54,669 nucleotides of DNA. Source: a virus. Taxonomy: Duplodnaviria; Caudoviricetes. The position numbers and the translations under genes are program-made. The first letter of the stretch is position 1. Each line of letters opens with the position of its first letter. The stretch spans positions 1 through 54,669 of the IMG/VR virus record IMGVR_UViG_3300049167_000236. One strand, 5' to 3'. A model generated the notes under the pieces. The model did no database searches. It worked only from the letters and a program-made list of their open reading frames with translations, and was not told the origin of the DNA. Shown here one piece after another: positions 33,613-43,197 of this stretch.

Positions 33613-34608
33613 ATGGCCAACGGAGTTATCACGTACGGCGATCTCTCGCCGCGCACCGCCGCCTGGGCATCCACCGAGATGCTCGAGAACGCCGACAACG
33701 TGCTCGTCCTGTCGAAGCTCGGTGCCACGCGCGCCGTGCCGAAGAACAGTGGCGATACCGTCAAGTTCCGCCGCTACGTTCCGTTCGAGGTTTCGACCGT
33801 GCCGCTGCAGGAAGGCGTCACGCCGAACCCGCAGATGATGACGCACGAGGACGTCGTCGCGCAGCTGAAGCAGTACGGCAACTTCACTATCCTGTCCGAC
33901 TGGATACAGGACACCCACGAAGACCCCATCCTGCAGGAAGTGACCCGCGAAATGGGTCGCCAGGCTGCCGGCTCGGCGGAGCAGGTCGTCTACAACGCCA
34001 TCAAGGGCGGCACGAGCGTGATCTACGCAAACGGTGCGAACCGTGCGGCAGTCAACACCGCTGTCACCCTGAACAAGCTGCGGAAGGCTGCTCGTCAGCT
34101 CTACAGCCAGAAGGCGCAGAAGATCACTCGCATCCTGGACTCGTCGCCTGATTACGGCGTGTCCTCGGTCGAGGGCGCTTATGTGGTCGTCTGCCATTCC
34201 GACTGTATCGCAGACGTTCGCGGCCTCGCCGGCTTCACCTCCACGGCCGACTACGGCACCCGTCGCCTCATCAGCCCATACGAGTTCGGTGCGGTTGAGG
34301 ACTTCCGGTTCATCGCTTCCCCTGACCTGGCTCCGTGGGAAGATGCCGGCGGCGTTGCGGGCACCATGAAGTCGACCACCGGCACCAACGCCGACGTCTA
34401 TCCGATGCTGATCTTCGGCCAGGATGCGTTCGCGGTCGTTCCGCTGAAGGGCGCCAACTCCCTGACGCCGATCGTCAGCAACGCCCGTGCTTCGGAGAGC
34501 GACCCGCTCGCTCAGCGCAGCACCGTTGGTTACAAATTCGCCATGACCGCGACCATCCTCAACGAGCTGTGGATGGTCCGCCTCGAGGTCGCCGTAACCG
34601 CTCTGTGA
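33613..34608 (+). CDS. Major capsid protein (N4-gp56 family)
   Basis: PKNSGDTVKFRRY...PLQEGVTP...LKQYG...DVYPMLIFGQDAF...DPLAQRSTVGYK. Confidence 0.9.
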   Translation: MANGVITYGDLSPRTAAWASTEMLENADNVLVLSKLGATRAVPKNSGDTVKFRRYVPFEVSTVPLQEGVTPNPQMMTHEDVVAQLKQYGNFTILSDWIQDTHEDPILQEVTREMGRQAAGSAEQVVYNAIKGGTSVIYANGANRAAVNTAVTLNKLRKAARQLYSQKAQKITRILDSSPDYGVSSVEGAYVVVCHSDCIADVRGLAGFTSTADYGTRRLISPYEFGAVEDFRFIASPDLAPWEDAGGVAGTMKSTTGTNADVYPMLIFGQDAFAVVPLKGANSLTPIVSNARASESDPLAQRSTVGYKFAMTATILNELWMVRLEVAVTAL

Positions 34609-34613
34609 TGACG

Positions 34614-34648
34614 ACGGGGAGCTCCTTCGGGGGCTCCCTGTTCGTGTT
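34614..34648 (+). terminator. Hairpin terminator after capsid gene
   Basis: 12-bp stem with cUUCGg tetraloop; weak U tract. Confidence 0.7.
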
Positions 34649-34668
34649 CCAATTCTAGGGGAAATACC

Positions 34669-34986
34669 ATGGCTAACGAAATTGCCCGCAACTCCCAGGA
34701 CGGCACTGGTGCCGTCATCGATATCCGGCTTGGCTTCGTTCCTGACTACGTGAAGGTGGTCAACATCGAGTCTCCTACGATGGAGCAGCTCGAATACTAT
34801 CGAGGCATGCCTGCGGCCAGTGCTCGCAAGGGCGTCGTCGGCGGCAACGCCACTAAGATCACCACGAACGGCATCACGCTGCTTACCGGTGGCCCGCTCC
34901 CTGATGGCTTCCGCATCGGCGCGGATGTCGACGTCAACGTCCTTGGCGAGACGCTCGTCTGGGAAGCCCATCGCGGCGGTTGGTAA
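34669..34986 (+). CDS. Putative minor capsid/decoration protein
   Basis: LGFVPDYVKVVN motif; follows capsid gene. Confidence 0.6.
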   Translation: MANEIARNSQDGTGAVIDIRLGFVPDYVKVVNIESPTMEQLEYYRGMPAASARKGVVGGNATKITTNGITLLTGGPLPDGFRIGADVDVNVLGETLVWEAHRGGW

Positions 34987-34990
34987 TCCT

Positions 34991-35022
34991 GAGGGAGGCT
35001 TTCGGGCCTCCCTCTCTGTTTC
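34991..35022 (+). terminator. Rho-independent terminator
   Basis: GAGGGAGGCT-TTCG-GGCCTCCCTC followed by TCTGTTTC. Confidence 0.75.
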
Positions 35023-35048
35023 AGGCATCCGATTGAGAGGATAGCATC

Positions 35049-35582
35049 ATGGCCAAGAAGTCAGGCACCCGCCTCACCATCAACGATCCGAACCGCGCCG
35101 GTAAGGTGAAGTTCTCGATCAACGGTGACATCACCGAACTGCCGGTCGGCACCGAGACCACCGTCGACAACGACGACGTGTTCTTCGCCCTCGAAGATTC
35201 CGGCATCAAGTTTCAACTCGCCGAAGGCCAGTCCGCTCCTGAGCGGCAGGCCGGGGCTGCGGATGCTCCGGGGGGACGCACCGCAGCCCCCACCGAGACT
35301 ACGCCCGACAACGAGGGCATGAACGCGGCCGGAAGCCGCACGAGCGTCACCGAGGCCAACTCGGCGGACCAGGGCGATGGAACGAGCTCGGCCGGCGACA
35401 CCGCTGGCGATGACGGCGAGCCCAACCTGCTGGACAACAGCATCGACGATATCGTTGCTGGGCTCGACGGCCTGAGCCGTGAGGAGATCGAGCAGCTCAA
35501 GACGAACGAGACTGCTGGTAAGAGCCGCAAGGGCCTCCTGACCGAGCTCGATCGCCGTCTCGCTGACGAGGAGCTGAAGTAA
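35049..35582 (+). CDS. Hypothetical protein (acidic linker, small C-terminal helical domain)
   Basis: GAGG RBS; ETAGKSRKGLL motif. Confidence 0.7.
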   Translation: MAKKSGTRLTINDPNRAGKVKFSINGDITELPVGTETTVDNDDVFFALEDSGIKFQLAEGQSAPERQAGAADAPGGRTAAPTETTPDNEGMNAAGSRTSVTEANSADQGDGTSSAGDTAGDDGEPNLLDNSIDDIVAGLDGLSREEIEQLKTNETAGKSRKGLLTELDRRLADEELK

Positions 35583-35584
35583 CC

Positions 35585-36109
35585 ATGCGTAAGGTCCCCC
35601 TGAACGAAGCGAGCGATGCACAGCTCCGCGCCTTCCTCACTGCTCAGCAGGTGGAAGGCGTGGGCGGTGCTCGCAATCGCCCCGAACTGCTCGCCCTCCT
35701 GACACCTGTCTGGGACCAGAGCTACATCTTGGCCGAAGCCGAGGCGCCACAGGAAGACGCAGCTCAGTCTGAGCGCGCTCATCCGACCAGCGTCATCGAC
35801 TACACCAACAGCGCCGCATACAGTCAGGACCCGGTTGTCGAACTGACCATCGGGCAATCCTCGCTCGTGGGCGGCAAGCATCCCGCCACCCCTTCGGTGA
35901 ACGGCAAGACGCTCGTTATCCAGCGTGGCGTCAGGGTGAAGGTGCCGTATCGTTTCTACCTCGACTTGCGCGATAGCGAGCGGGTCGAAACAGATGACAA
36001 GATGAACGGTACGTCGGTAACGGCCTACCCCCTGACCATCCATCGATTGCCTTCGGACGAAGAGGTCGATGCATGGTTCGAGGCGACGAAGGATCTTGAG
36101 ATCGCCTGA
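35585..36109 (+). CDS. Hypothetical virion-region protein
   Basis: SVNGKTLVIQRGVRVKVPY pattern. Confidence 0.7.
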   Translation: MRKVPLNEASDAQLRAFLTAQQVEGVGGARNRPELLALLTPVWDQSYILAEAEAPQEDAAQSERAHPTSVIDYTNSAAYSQDPVVELTIGQSSLVGGKHPATPSVNGKTLVIQRGVRVKVPYRFYLDLRDSERVETDDKMNGTSVTAYPLTIHRLPSDEEVDAWFEATKDLEIA

Positions 36110-36804
36110 TGTCGACGTTCCTCCAGCTTTGTGAGGACGTCGCCCGTGAAAGCGGCGCCGCTGGCCGCGCTCCCGTCTCTGTCGTTGGGCAGACCGGGCG
36201 CGCGGCCAAGGTCGTTGATTGGGTCCGCGATGCTTGGATCGAGATTCAAAACCAGCGCGATTCCTGGTCGTTCCTGCAAGGGGAATGGACCGGTACGCTG
36301 ACACCCGGCACTGCGGTCTATACCGCGGCCTCATTCGAAATTCCGCGCTTTGCCCGTTGGGGCGGCGACACTCCTGTCTCGCGCTCTGTCACTCTGCGCG
36401 ATCCTGACCAGGACGCGGGCCAAGAAGCCCCAATCACACAGCTGACCGACCCTGACTGGCGCCGCCGGTATTTCGTCGGCGCGCACGCTCAGGGGCGCCC
36501 GGTTCACTACGCGATCCTGCCCGACGATTCGATCGCTTTCGGTGCCACGCCGGACAAGGCGTACCTGATGCGCGGCGAGTACCGGAAGTCGCCACAGATC
36601 CTCGAGGCGAACGGTGACATCCCCGATATGCCCGAGCGCTTCCATCGCGCGATTGTCTGGCAGGCCATCATGTTCATGGCGGAGCACGATGAAGGCGCGT
36701 TTGCGATCCAGACAGCGCAGCGTCGGCTCAATCCGATCATGCACCAGATGCACCGCGACCTGTTGCCGCGGATGACCTTCTCTGCCGTGCGGCCTCTGGC
36801 GTAA
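36109..36804 (+). CDS. Head-tail adaptor (tail tubular protein A-like)
   Basis: MSTFLQLC...W.FL...P.PD..Y...DIPDMPERFHRAIVW; position. Confidence 0.72.
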   Translation: MSTFLQLCEDVARESGAAGRAPVSVVGQTGRAAKVVDWVRDAWIEIQNQRDSWSFLQGEWTGTLTPGTAVYTAASFEIPRFARWGGDTPVSRSVTLRDPDQDAGQEAPITQLTDPDWRRRYFVGAHAQGRPVHYAILPDDSIAFGATPDKAYLMRGEYRKSPQILEANGDIPDMPERFHRAIVWQAIMFMAEHDEGAFAIQTAQRRLNPIMHQMHRDLLPRMTFSAVRPLA

Positions 36805-38768
36805 TGCCTCAGCAAGCGACAGCCATTGCGCTGGGCGGCGGCCTCGACCTTGTGACGCCCGCCATCGCGGCGTCGCCTGGGCACGCCATTGCTGCGCTGA
36901 ACTACGAGCCCGTGGCCGGCGGCTACCAGCGAATGCAGGGCTTCGAGCGCTTCGACGGGCAAGTCTCTCCTACTGACGCTTACGATGCTGTGATCGGTGG
37001 AGGCGGGACGGTCTCTGCCGCCCAAGCCGCTATGTCGGCGGCCCGCGCTGCGATCGACCCTGTACCTGGTGTGGGGCCAATCCTCGGGGTCTGGTTCTTC
37101 GATGGGTGCGTGATCGCGTTCCGCAACAAGGTCGGCGAAGCCGAAGCAGGAATGTACCGCTCCAGTCCTACAGGCTGGGAAGAGGTCGAGATGCCAGAGC
37201 CCGGCACCGGCGGCGGTGGCGGCAGCGGCGTCGGAGACGAGTACACGACGGTCTACTACGGCACGATCGAGGCCTATCCTTCTTTTGGCGGCAACCCGCC
37301 CGCAAACGGCGAGTCTATCGTGGGCTCTACCAGCAGTGCGTCGGGTGAGGTTGCGGAGGTTTCGGCCGTCAAGGCGCTGACGAAGAACGGGCTCTCGTTC
37401 GAGCGAGTAGCGCTGGCCATCAACTCATCGAGCTTCAAGCAGGGTGAGCGCGTGACGTGGCCGGGCGCTGGATCGGGCGTACTGAGCAGCTTCTACCCGG
37501 TGATCATCACGGCCGGGTCGCCCTTCGCCGAAGAGGAGCCGGAAGAACCAGAGGAGCCGGTAGACCCCGGCCCCGTATTGCCGCCGAACGGTCGCTACAG
37601 CTTCATCACACACAACTTCTACGGCGCTGCCGACATGCGCGCGATGTACGCCGTGAGCGGGGTCCACCCTGCCATTTCGTACGATGGCGACGAGGTAACG
37701 GTCATCCGAACCGGCATGACGGTCGACCGTCCGCATCGCATCGCGGTCCACAAACAAGCGTTGGTGCTCGGCTTCCCTGGTGGCTCTACACAGATTTCGG
37801 CGGTCGGCAGCGCTGGCAGCTTCGATCCGGTGCTTGGCGCCAGCGAAATCGCAATCGGCGACGAGATCGTCGACTACATCCCGAACGTGCAAGGGGCGCT
37901 GGCCATCCTCGGCGCCAACAGCATTGCCATGCTCTACGGCAACGATGCTACCGACTATCTGCTGCAGACCCTCTCCGACGAGGCGGGCGCCTTGCCCTAC
38001 ACCGCGGAGAAGATGGGCACGCCGATCTACATGGATAATCGTGGCGTCCGTTCCCTGTCGACCACGCAGAACTTCGGCAATTTCCGGCTCGGAACCATCT
38101 CGACGCGGATCCAGCCCCTGCTCGACAGCCTCAAGGCGCAGGGCGTCACGCCCTCGGCAGCCTGTCGCGTTCGCACGAAGGACCAATACCGGCTGTTCTT
38201 CGACAACGGCTACGGGCTTACCTTCCACATGGGTGGCCGTGATCCGCAGATACTGCCGTTCAATCTCGGGATCGCGATCACCAGCGTGTGCTCGATCGAG
38301 AAGGACGACACGACGGAGGCGGTCTTCGCTGGCGGCGAGGACGGCTACATCTACCAACTCGAGAAGGGCCTTAGCTTCGACGGCGCACCGATCGACTATT
38401 ACCTACGCCTGTCGTTCAACCATGCCGGTGCCCCGCAGATATGGAAGCGCTGGCACCGTGTGATCGCCGACTGCGAGAGCCCTGCCCCGGCCACCCTGCG
38501 GCTGTCCTACGAGTTCGACTACGGCAACTCGAACGTGCGGCCGAACGTAGCGGACGTGTTCACGATGCCGACCAGTGGCGGGCAATGGGACGTCAGCGAT
38601 TGGGACGAGTTCACCTGGGACGCGCCGATCGAGGGGCAGGCTGAAAGCTACCTGGACGGTTTCGGCAAAACGATGTCGATCATGTTCGCGGGTTCCTCCG
38701 CGACCGAGCCGCCGCACCTGCTGAAGTCGGTGACGATCTTCTATTCGCCGCGGGGGGCTTCGCGATGA
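36804..38768 (+). CDS. Tail nozzle (tail tubular protein B-like)
   Basis: GGGLDLVTP...NYE...GGYQRMQGFERFDG; beta-rich; WDVSDWDEFTWD; position. Confidence 0.7.
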   Translation: MPQQATAIALGGGLDLVTPAIAASPGHAIAALNYEPVAGGYQRMQGFERFDGQVSPTDAYDAVIGGGGTVSAAQAAMSAARAAIDPVPGVGPILGVWFFDGCVIAFRNKVGEAEAGMYRSSPTGWEEVEMPEPGTGGGGGSGVGDEYTTVYYGTIEAYPSFGGNPPANGESIVGSTSSASGEVAEVSAVKALTKNGLSFERVALAINSSSFKQGERVTWPGAGSGVLSSFYPVIITAGSPFAEEEPEEPEEPVDPGPVLPPNGRYSFITHNFYGAADMRAMYAVSGVHPAISYDGDEVTVIRTGMTVDRPHRIAVHKQALVLGFPGGSTQISAVGSAGSFDPVLGASEIAIGDEIVDYIPNVQGALAILGANSIAMLYGNDATDYLLQTLSDEAGALPYTAEKMGTPIYMDNRGVRSLSTTQNFGNFRLGTISTRIQPLLDSLKAQGVTPSAACRVRTKDQYRLFFDNGYGLTFHMGGRDPQILPFNLGIAITSVCSIEKDDTTEAVFAGGEDGYIYQLEKGLSFDGAPIDYYLRLSFNHAGAPQIWKRWHRVIADCESPAPATLRLSYEFDYGNSNVRPNVADVFTMPTSGGQWDVSDWDEFTWDAPIEGQAESYLDGFGKTMSIMFAGSSATEPPHLLKSVTIFYSPRGASR

Positions 38769-40387
38769 GCAACGACTACTTCGCGCACGAGAACCTCGAC
38801 TCCTTCACCACAGCGCGGGCCGCTGATGTGAACGCGATCGGCCAGGCAGTTGAGGCGGCGTTCGACCTGCTGCCCTCGCCTGCGATCATGCGGCGCCGGA
38901 ACATCGACACTGTCGCAGCCGGCGGCAGCGCAGACACCATCACCGTCACCTCCGGGTACAGCATCCCGGCTTACGTGCTGGGGCAGCAGGTGTCATTCGT
39001 CGCATCCGCCGACAACACAGGGCCGGTCACGATCAACCTTGATGGCTTGGGTGCGAAGCAGGTTGTCAGCGCGGACGGCTCTCCGTTGGCCGCTGGCGAC
39101 ATCCTCGATGGGCGGATCTACGAATTGCGCTACGACGGCGCTGCCTTCCAGATGCTGGCGGGTAGTGGTGGGAGTGGTGGCAGCGAAGCGACTGAGGCGG
39201 CTATCGCGGCGGCTGCGGCGGCCTCCGCCAGTGCTACGGCTGCTCAGGGCTATGCGGCGGCGGCACAGGGTTCGGCCGCGACCGCAGCTGGCTACGTTGG
39301 CTCCCTTGATGCGTCAGTTGCCGCGGCAGAGGCAGCAGAAGCCGGCGCTCTGGCCGCTCAAGCGGCAGCAGAAGCGGCTGCAGATGCGGCCGAAGGGGCG
39401 CTCGACGGCTCGAACTACATTCGCAAGACGGGTGGCGGTGCTCAGAACATCGACAATGCGCTCGATGTGGATGGCACCCTCTCGCAGAACGGTACGCCTG
39501 TGTCGCTCGCGGGCCATACCCACGCCATCTCCGATGTGCTCGGATTGCAGGACGCACTCGACGACGTGTCGGTCACCAACGCGGCCGTCAACGCCGCCAT
39601 AGCTGCTGACCCGGCCGCCACGCTGGACGCACTCGGCATTGAGAGCGGCGGGAGCGGCACCCCCACAACCGAGGCCGACATCCGAGCCGGCACCGGCGAC
39701 GGCTACATAACGCCCGAGCTGATGTCAGCAGCGGCGGCTTATGTCCCGCTAGCCGATGCAGCTACGATCGCGGTCAATTGGGCGGCATTCGAGAATGCCC
39801 AGGCCACGCTCACTGCGAACCGCGTGCTCGGCAACCCAACGAACGGCTTTCCTGGCGAGCGCACAATTCTACTCAAGGGCAACACCACGACCGCGCGCAC
39901 ACTTACGTTCGGCGCGAACTGGAAGGGGCAGTTGCCGACGCTGAACAAGATCAGCTCAACGACGTGGTATCTACTCAAGGTCGAATGGGTGGACACCGAC
40001 CACTTCTCTGTGGTTTCGGCGGTTCAGGTCAGCGGCCCGACCTTCCCCATGGTCTCGATGACCGCTGCGACCGTAGGTTCGATCGGTACCGGCTACGCCC
40101 GCTCAGGCAGTTCTATCGCAACGGCTTGGGGCGCAAGTGGCGGGACCTTGTCGGGTTCATTGCTGGCCGGAACCACCACAGACGCGGTCATGTACACCTC
40201 AGGCAATGGGCTCATCTACCTCGCCGGGAATCAACTGACCGCTCTGGCTGGAGCATCGGGCATAGTGGTCAACGGAACGACGCTTCCGTTCGACAGCCCC
40301 CCCACATTGGAGAGTGGAAACACCAAGATATTCATCACTCCGATGACCTTCACTGCCGGGCTCACCTATACCCTGCAGTTCGCTTAG
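38765..40387 (+). CDS. Tail fibre protein
   Basis: MSNDYF N-terminus, NTGPVTINLDGLG, Ala-rich coiled coil, HTHAISDVLGLQDALD, TLTANRVLGNPTN. Confidence 0.8.
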   Translation: MSNDYFAHENLDSFTTARAADVNAIGQAVEAAFDLLPSPAIMRRRNIDTVAAGGSADTITVTSGYSIPAYVLGQQVSFVASADNTGPVTINLDGLGAKQVVSADGSPLAAGDILDGRIYELRYDGAAFQMLAGSGGSGGSEATEAAIAAAAAASASATAAQGYAAAAQGSAATAAGYVGSLDASVAAAEAAEAGALAAQAAAEAAADAAEGALDGSNYIRKTGGGAQNIDNALDVDGTLSQNGTPVSLAGHTHAISDVLGLQDALDDVSVTNAAVNAAIAADPAATLDALGIESGGSGTPTTEADIRAGTGDGYITPELMSAAAAYVPLADAATIAVNWAAFENAQATLTANRVLGNPTNGFPGERTILLKGNTTTARTLTFGANWKGQLPTLNKISSTTWYLLKVEWVDTDHFSVVSAVQVSGPTFPMVSMTAATVGSIGTGYARSGSSIATAWGASGGTLSGSLLAGTTTDAVMYTSGNGLIYLAGNQLTALAGASGIVVNGTTLPFDSPPTLESGNTKIFITPMTFTAGLTYTLQFA

Positions 40388-40396
40388 GAGGCCGCC

Positions 40397-40879
40397 TTGC
40401 CCATCGTCCGCGAAATCGAAACTGGTGTGTTCGAAGAGATCATCGGGAACCCGACTGTCGACAGCTTGGACGGTGAGACACGCGCCACGTTGGAGACCAT
40501 CTGCCACCACAGCTGGACTGAGGCTGAGCGCGCTGCGTTCGGCATCTACATGGTCGATCCGGCAGAAACGCTCGCCGGCCATGAAGTCCTGTCACGCTCA
40601 TTCCAGCGGATCGACGGCGCGGTGACGGAAGTGCTGGTGATGGCGCTCGTTACGCCCCAGGTCGTCTCACCGCTCCAGATGCGCAAAGCCCTTCGCGCCG
40701 AGGGCCTGATGCCTGACGTGTTGGCGTTCCTCGAGACGCAGACCGAGGAAGTCAAAGAGGCGTGGGAGTACGCCTCGGAAATCCACCGCGACAATGAGTT
40801 GATCGGCATTGCTGCGACTGCACTTGGACTATCAAGCGAGCAGGTCGATGACCTCTTCAGGCTCGCAGCCACCATGTAA
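40397..40879 (+). CDS. Tail fibre assembly/chaperone-like protein
   Basis: VSPLQMRKAL...AWEYASEIHRD...LGLSSEQVDDLFRLAA. Confidence 0.7.
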   Translation: MPIVREIETGVFEEIIGNPTVDSLDGETRATLETICHHSWTEAERAAFGIYMVDPAETLAGHEVLSRSFQRIDGAVTEVLVMALVTPQVVSPLQMRKALRAEGLMPDVLAFLETQTEEVKEAWEYASEIHRDNELIGIAATALGLSSEQVDDLFRLAATM

Positions 40880-40901
40880 TTCGACGCCGCGAATCCCCCC
40901 G

Positions 40902-40929
40902 TTGCGCTCGCCTTCGAGAAAATCATAGC
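40902..40929 (+). promoter_or_regulatory. Putative late promoter, copy 4 (TTGCGC-N12-AAATCATAGC)
   Basis: Precedes ejection-protein operon. Confidence 0.7.
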
Positions 40930-40949
40930 GTCACCGAAAGGGGGTCGAA

Positions 40950-41873
40950 ATGGCGTCTGCTTACGCGAAAAACTACCAGTTCGACGATGATGTCGCGAAG
41001 GGCGTTCAAGGCCTGATCGCGGCCAACAGCCCCCTCATGCAGCAGGCCAACCAGCGCGGGCTCAACACGGCCAACGCGCGGGGTCTGCTCAACTCGAGCA
41101 TCGCGGCCGGAGCAGCCCAGGGCGCCGTCATGGATCGGGCGGTTCCGATTGCTACCGCGACTGCCGGGTTCAACAACGCGAAGAACCTGCAACTCGCCGG
41201 CATCGCGGCGCAAGGTGATCAGCAGAAGGCTGACATCGCGGCGCAGATGCAGCGTCTGACCACCCAGGCCGGGTTCAACAAGGAACTCGCCTCGATGGAC
41301 ATCAGCGCTCGCATGACGATGCAGCAGAAGGACATCGCGGCGCAGGCGAACAACCTGAAGACGGCGAACGACGCTGAGATGGCTCGCCTGACAGCCTCGA
41401 TGGCGAACGCCAACGCGCAGCAGCAGAAGGACATTCAAGCTCGCATGGACGAGCTGAAGTACCAGACTTCCTCGCAGCTGATCGCGCTCGACAAGCAGTA
41501 CCAGAACGCCAGCGCCCTCCAGTCCCAGGGCAGCCAGCAGCAACTGCAGAACACCCTCGCCCAGATCACGGCGCAGGGCGATCAGAACATGCGGACCCAG
41601 GCGGCTTCGATCCAAGCGTCGATGGCTGAGCTGCAGGCGAACTTGGCGGCCGGCGATCGGGGCCGTGCGCTTGACGCCGCGGCAGGTCTGCACAGCACGT
41701 CGCAGCAGTTGATCGCGTCGATCACTGCGAATCCGAACATCCCGGCCGCCGAGCGCCAGAAGTGGATCCAGTTTGCCCAGCAGCAGGCTTCGATCGGGCT
41801 AAACCTCGTCGAGCAGATCCAGGGCGTGAACCTGAACTACGGGCAGACCACTGGCGGATTGCTGGCGCCATGA
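40950..41873 (+). CDS. Gln-rich putative ejection/pilot protein
   Basis: NSPLMQQA...NARGLLNSSIAAGA...A.PIA; QQKDIAAQ repeats. Confidence 0.65.
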   Translation: MASAYAKNYQFDDDVAKGVQGLIAANSPLMQQANQRGLNTANARGLLNSSIAAGAAQGAVMDRAVPIATATAGFNNAKNLQLAGIAAQGDQQKADIAAQMQRLTTQAGFNKELASMDISARMTMQQKDIAAQANNLKTANDAEMARLTASMANANAQQQKDIQARMDELKYQTSSQLIALDKQYQNASALQSQGSQQQLQNTLAQITAQGDQNMRTQAASIQASMAELQANLAAGDRGRALDAAAGLHSTSQQLIASITANPNIPAAERQKWIQFAQQQASIGLNLVEQIQGVNLNYGQTTGGLLAP

Positions 41874-42364
41874 TCCGCGCCGCCACCTTCCGCGACATTC
41901 CCGAGATCGAGACGATGATTGGGGAGATGCTGGCTGCGTCGAAATACGCGGCCCGGATGAAGCTGTGCGCCAAAGATATGCGCCAATTTTGCATGGGCCT
42001 CTGTCACCAGCAGCGCAGCCCCCTCGCCGGCGGCTCGTTCCTGCGGATCGCGGAGAAGGCCGACACAACCGTCGCTTTCATGGCTGGCGTGTTGCAGCCG
42101 GTCTACTTTGTAGGCGATCGGCTCGAAGCGATCGACGTCTTCCTCTACGCGCGCCCGAACGCTGGTTCGGCAGCTTCGCGGCTGATCGATGAATACATCG
42201 CTTGGGCAAGCGCGCACCCAAAAGTCATCGAGATCAAGCTGAGCTGGACCGACGCCCTCCCCGGCGCCGCGAAAGTGGGCAAGCTCTACCAGCGCAAAGG
42301 CGCGTCACTGTCCGGCGAGTTCTACGAGATCACGCCTGACGTTTCCCAGGAGGTGGCGGCGTGA
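41870..42364 (+). CDS. GNAT-fold protein of the ejection module
   Basis: MIRAATFRDIP...FLYARP...RLIDEYIAWA...KLYQRKG. Confidence 0.7.
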   Translation: MIRAATFRDIPEIETMIGEMLAASKYAARMKLCAKDMRQFCMGLCHQQRSPLAGGSFLRIAEKADTTVAFMAGVLQPVYFVGDRLEAIDVFLYARPNAGSAASRLIDEYIAWASAHPKVIEIKLSWTDALPGAAKVGKLYQRKGASLSGEFYEITPDVSQEVAA

Positions 42365-43197
42365 GCGGTCTACTGCGCGGTATCGGCAAGGTCTTTAAGA
42401 AGGTCGTCAAGACCGTCGTCAAGATCGCCCCCTACGCCCTGGCCGCCGCGGCGGTTGTCTTCACTGGCGGTGCGGCGCTTGGCGTCCTTCCTACCTTTGC
42501 CGGAGCGGTAGGCTCCGTAGTTGGGAGTATCGGCCTATCTGGAGCTGCGGCAGGCGCCTTGACGGGCGCCATTACCAGCGCAGGATTTGGTGCGGCGGCG
42601 GGCGGAGTGCTCGGCGGCAAGAAGGGCTTGAAGCAAGGCGCTCTGATGGGCGCGGTTGCGGGCGGTGCCCTCGGCGCGATGAGTCCTGCTGCCTTCGGGT
42701 TCGGCCAGGCAGCGGAAGTTGCCACCGGCGGCCTTGGTGCGCCGCCGATCAGTTCTGCGGTGACGGGCGCTGGTCCGATCGCTTCGCCCGTGGGTACTGG
42801 CGCAACAGCCACTGGTGGCCTGCTCACTCAAGCGGGCGGCGGCCTTGCAACAGCAGCGGCTCCGGCGGCCTCACTCGTCAGCACTGCTCCGGCAGCGACC
42901 GGGATCATGGGCTTGCTCAATTCGAACCCGCACCTGCTGCCTTCGGTGCTGCAGGGTGTCGGTGGCGCATTGGGTGACAGCGAAGGCGACATCATCCTGC
43001 GGCGCGACCGCGAGGAAGCGGAGCGCATCGGCGGCAACTATGCCTTCCAGGGAGACTTCGCGCCGGTGGACCAGACCGTGCGGCCGAACCCGAATGAGCG
43101 CTTCTCGCCGGGCCAGTATCAATCTGCGGCACCGACCTACCGCGTCAATCCAAAGACCGGCCGCGTCGAGGCCGTCTATCCTGTCGGAGGCGCCTGA
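42361..43197 (+). CDS. Gly/Ala-rich ejection protein
   Basis: Amphipathic GKVFKKVVKTVVK then hydrophobic Gly/Ala segments. Confidence 0.65.
   Translation: MSGLLRGIGKVFKKVVKTVVKIAPYALAAAAVVFTGGAALGVLPTFAGAVGSVVGSIGLSGAAAGALTGAITSAGFGAAAGGVLGGKKGLKQGALMGAVAGGALGAMSPAAFGFGQAAEVATGGLGAPPISSAVTGAGPIASPVGTGATATGGLLTQAGGGLATAAAPAASLVSTAPAATGIMGLLNSNPHLLPSVLQGVGGALGDSEGDIILRRDREEAERIGGNYAFQGDFAPVDQTVRPNPNERFSPGQYQSAAPTYRVNPKTGRVEAVYPVGGA

Noticed and set aside
34600-34669. Capsid readthrough or frameshift extension
   Set aside because: Tandem TGA TGA stops followed by a hairpin; no slippery sequence
33277-35028. 583-aa minus-strand ORF
   Set aside because: Shadow of scaffold/capsid genes in high-GC DNA; crosses two terminators; no motifs
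39160-39400. GCN-rich low-complexity repeats
   Set aside because: Ordinary Ala-rich coiled coil of the tail fibre
22888-40387. Diversity-generating retroelement or invertible fibre system
   Set aside because: No reverse transcriptase or invertase recognised and no template/variable repeat pair noticed
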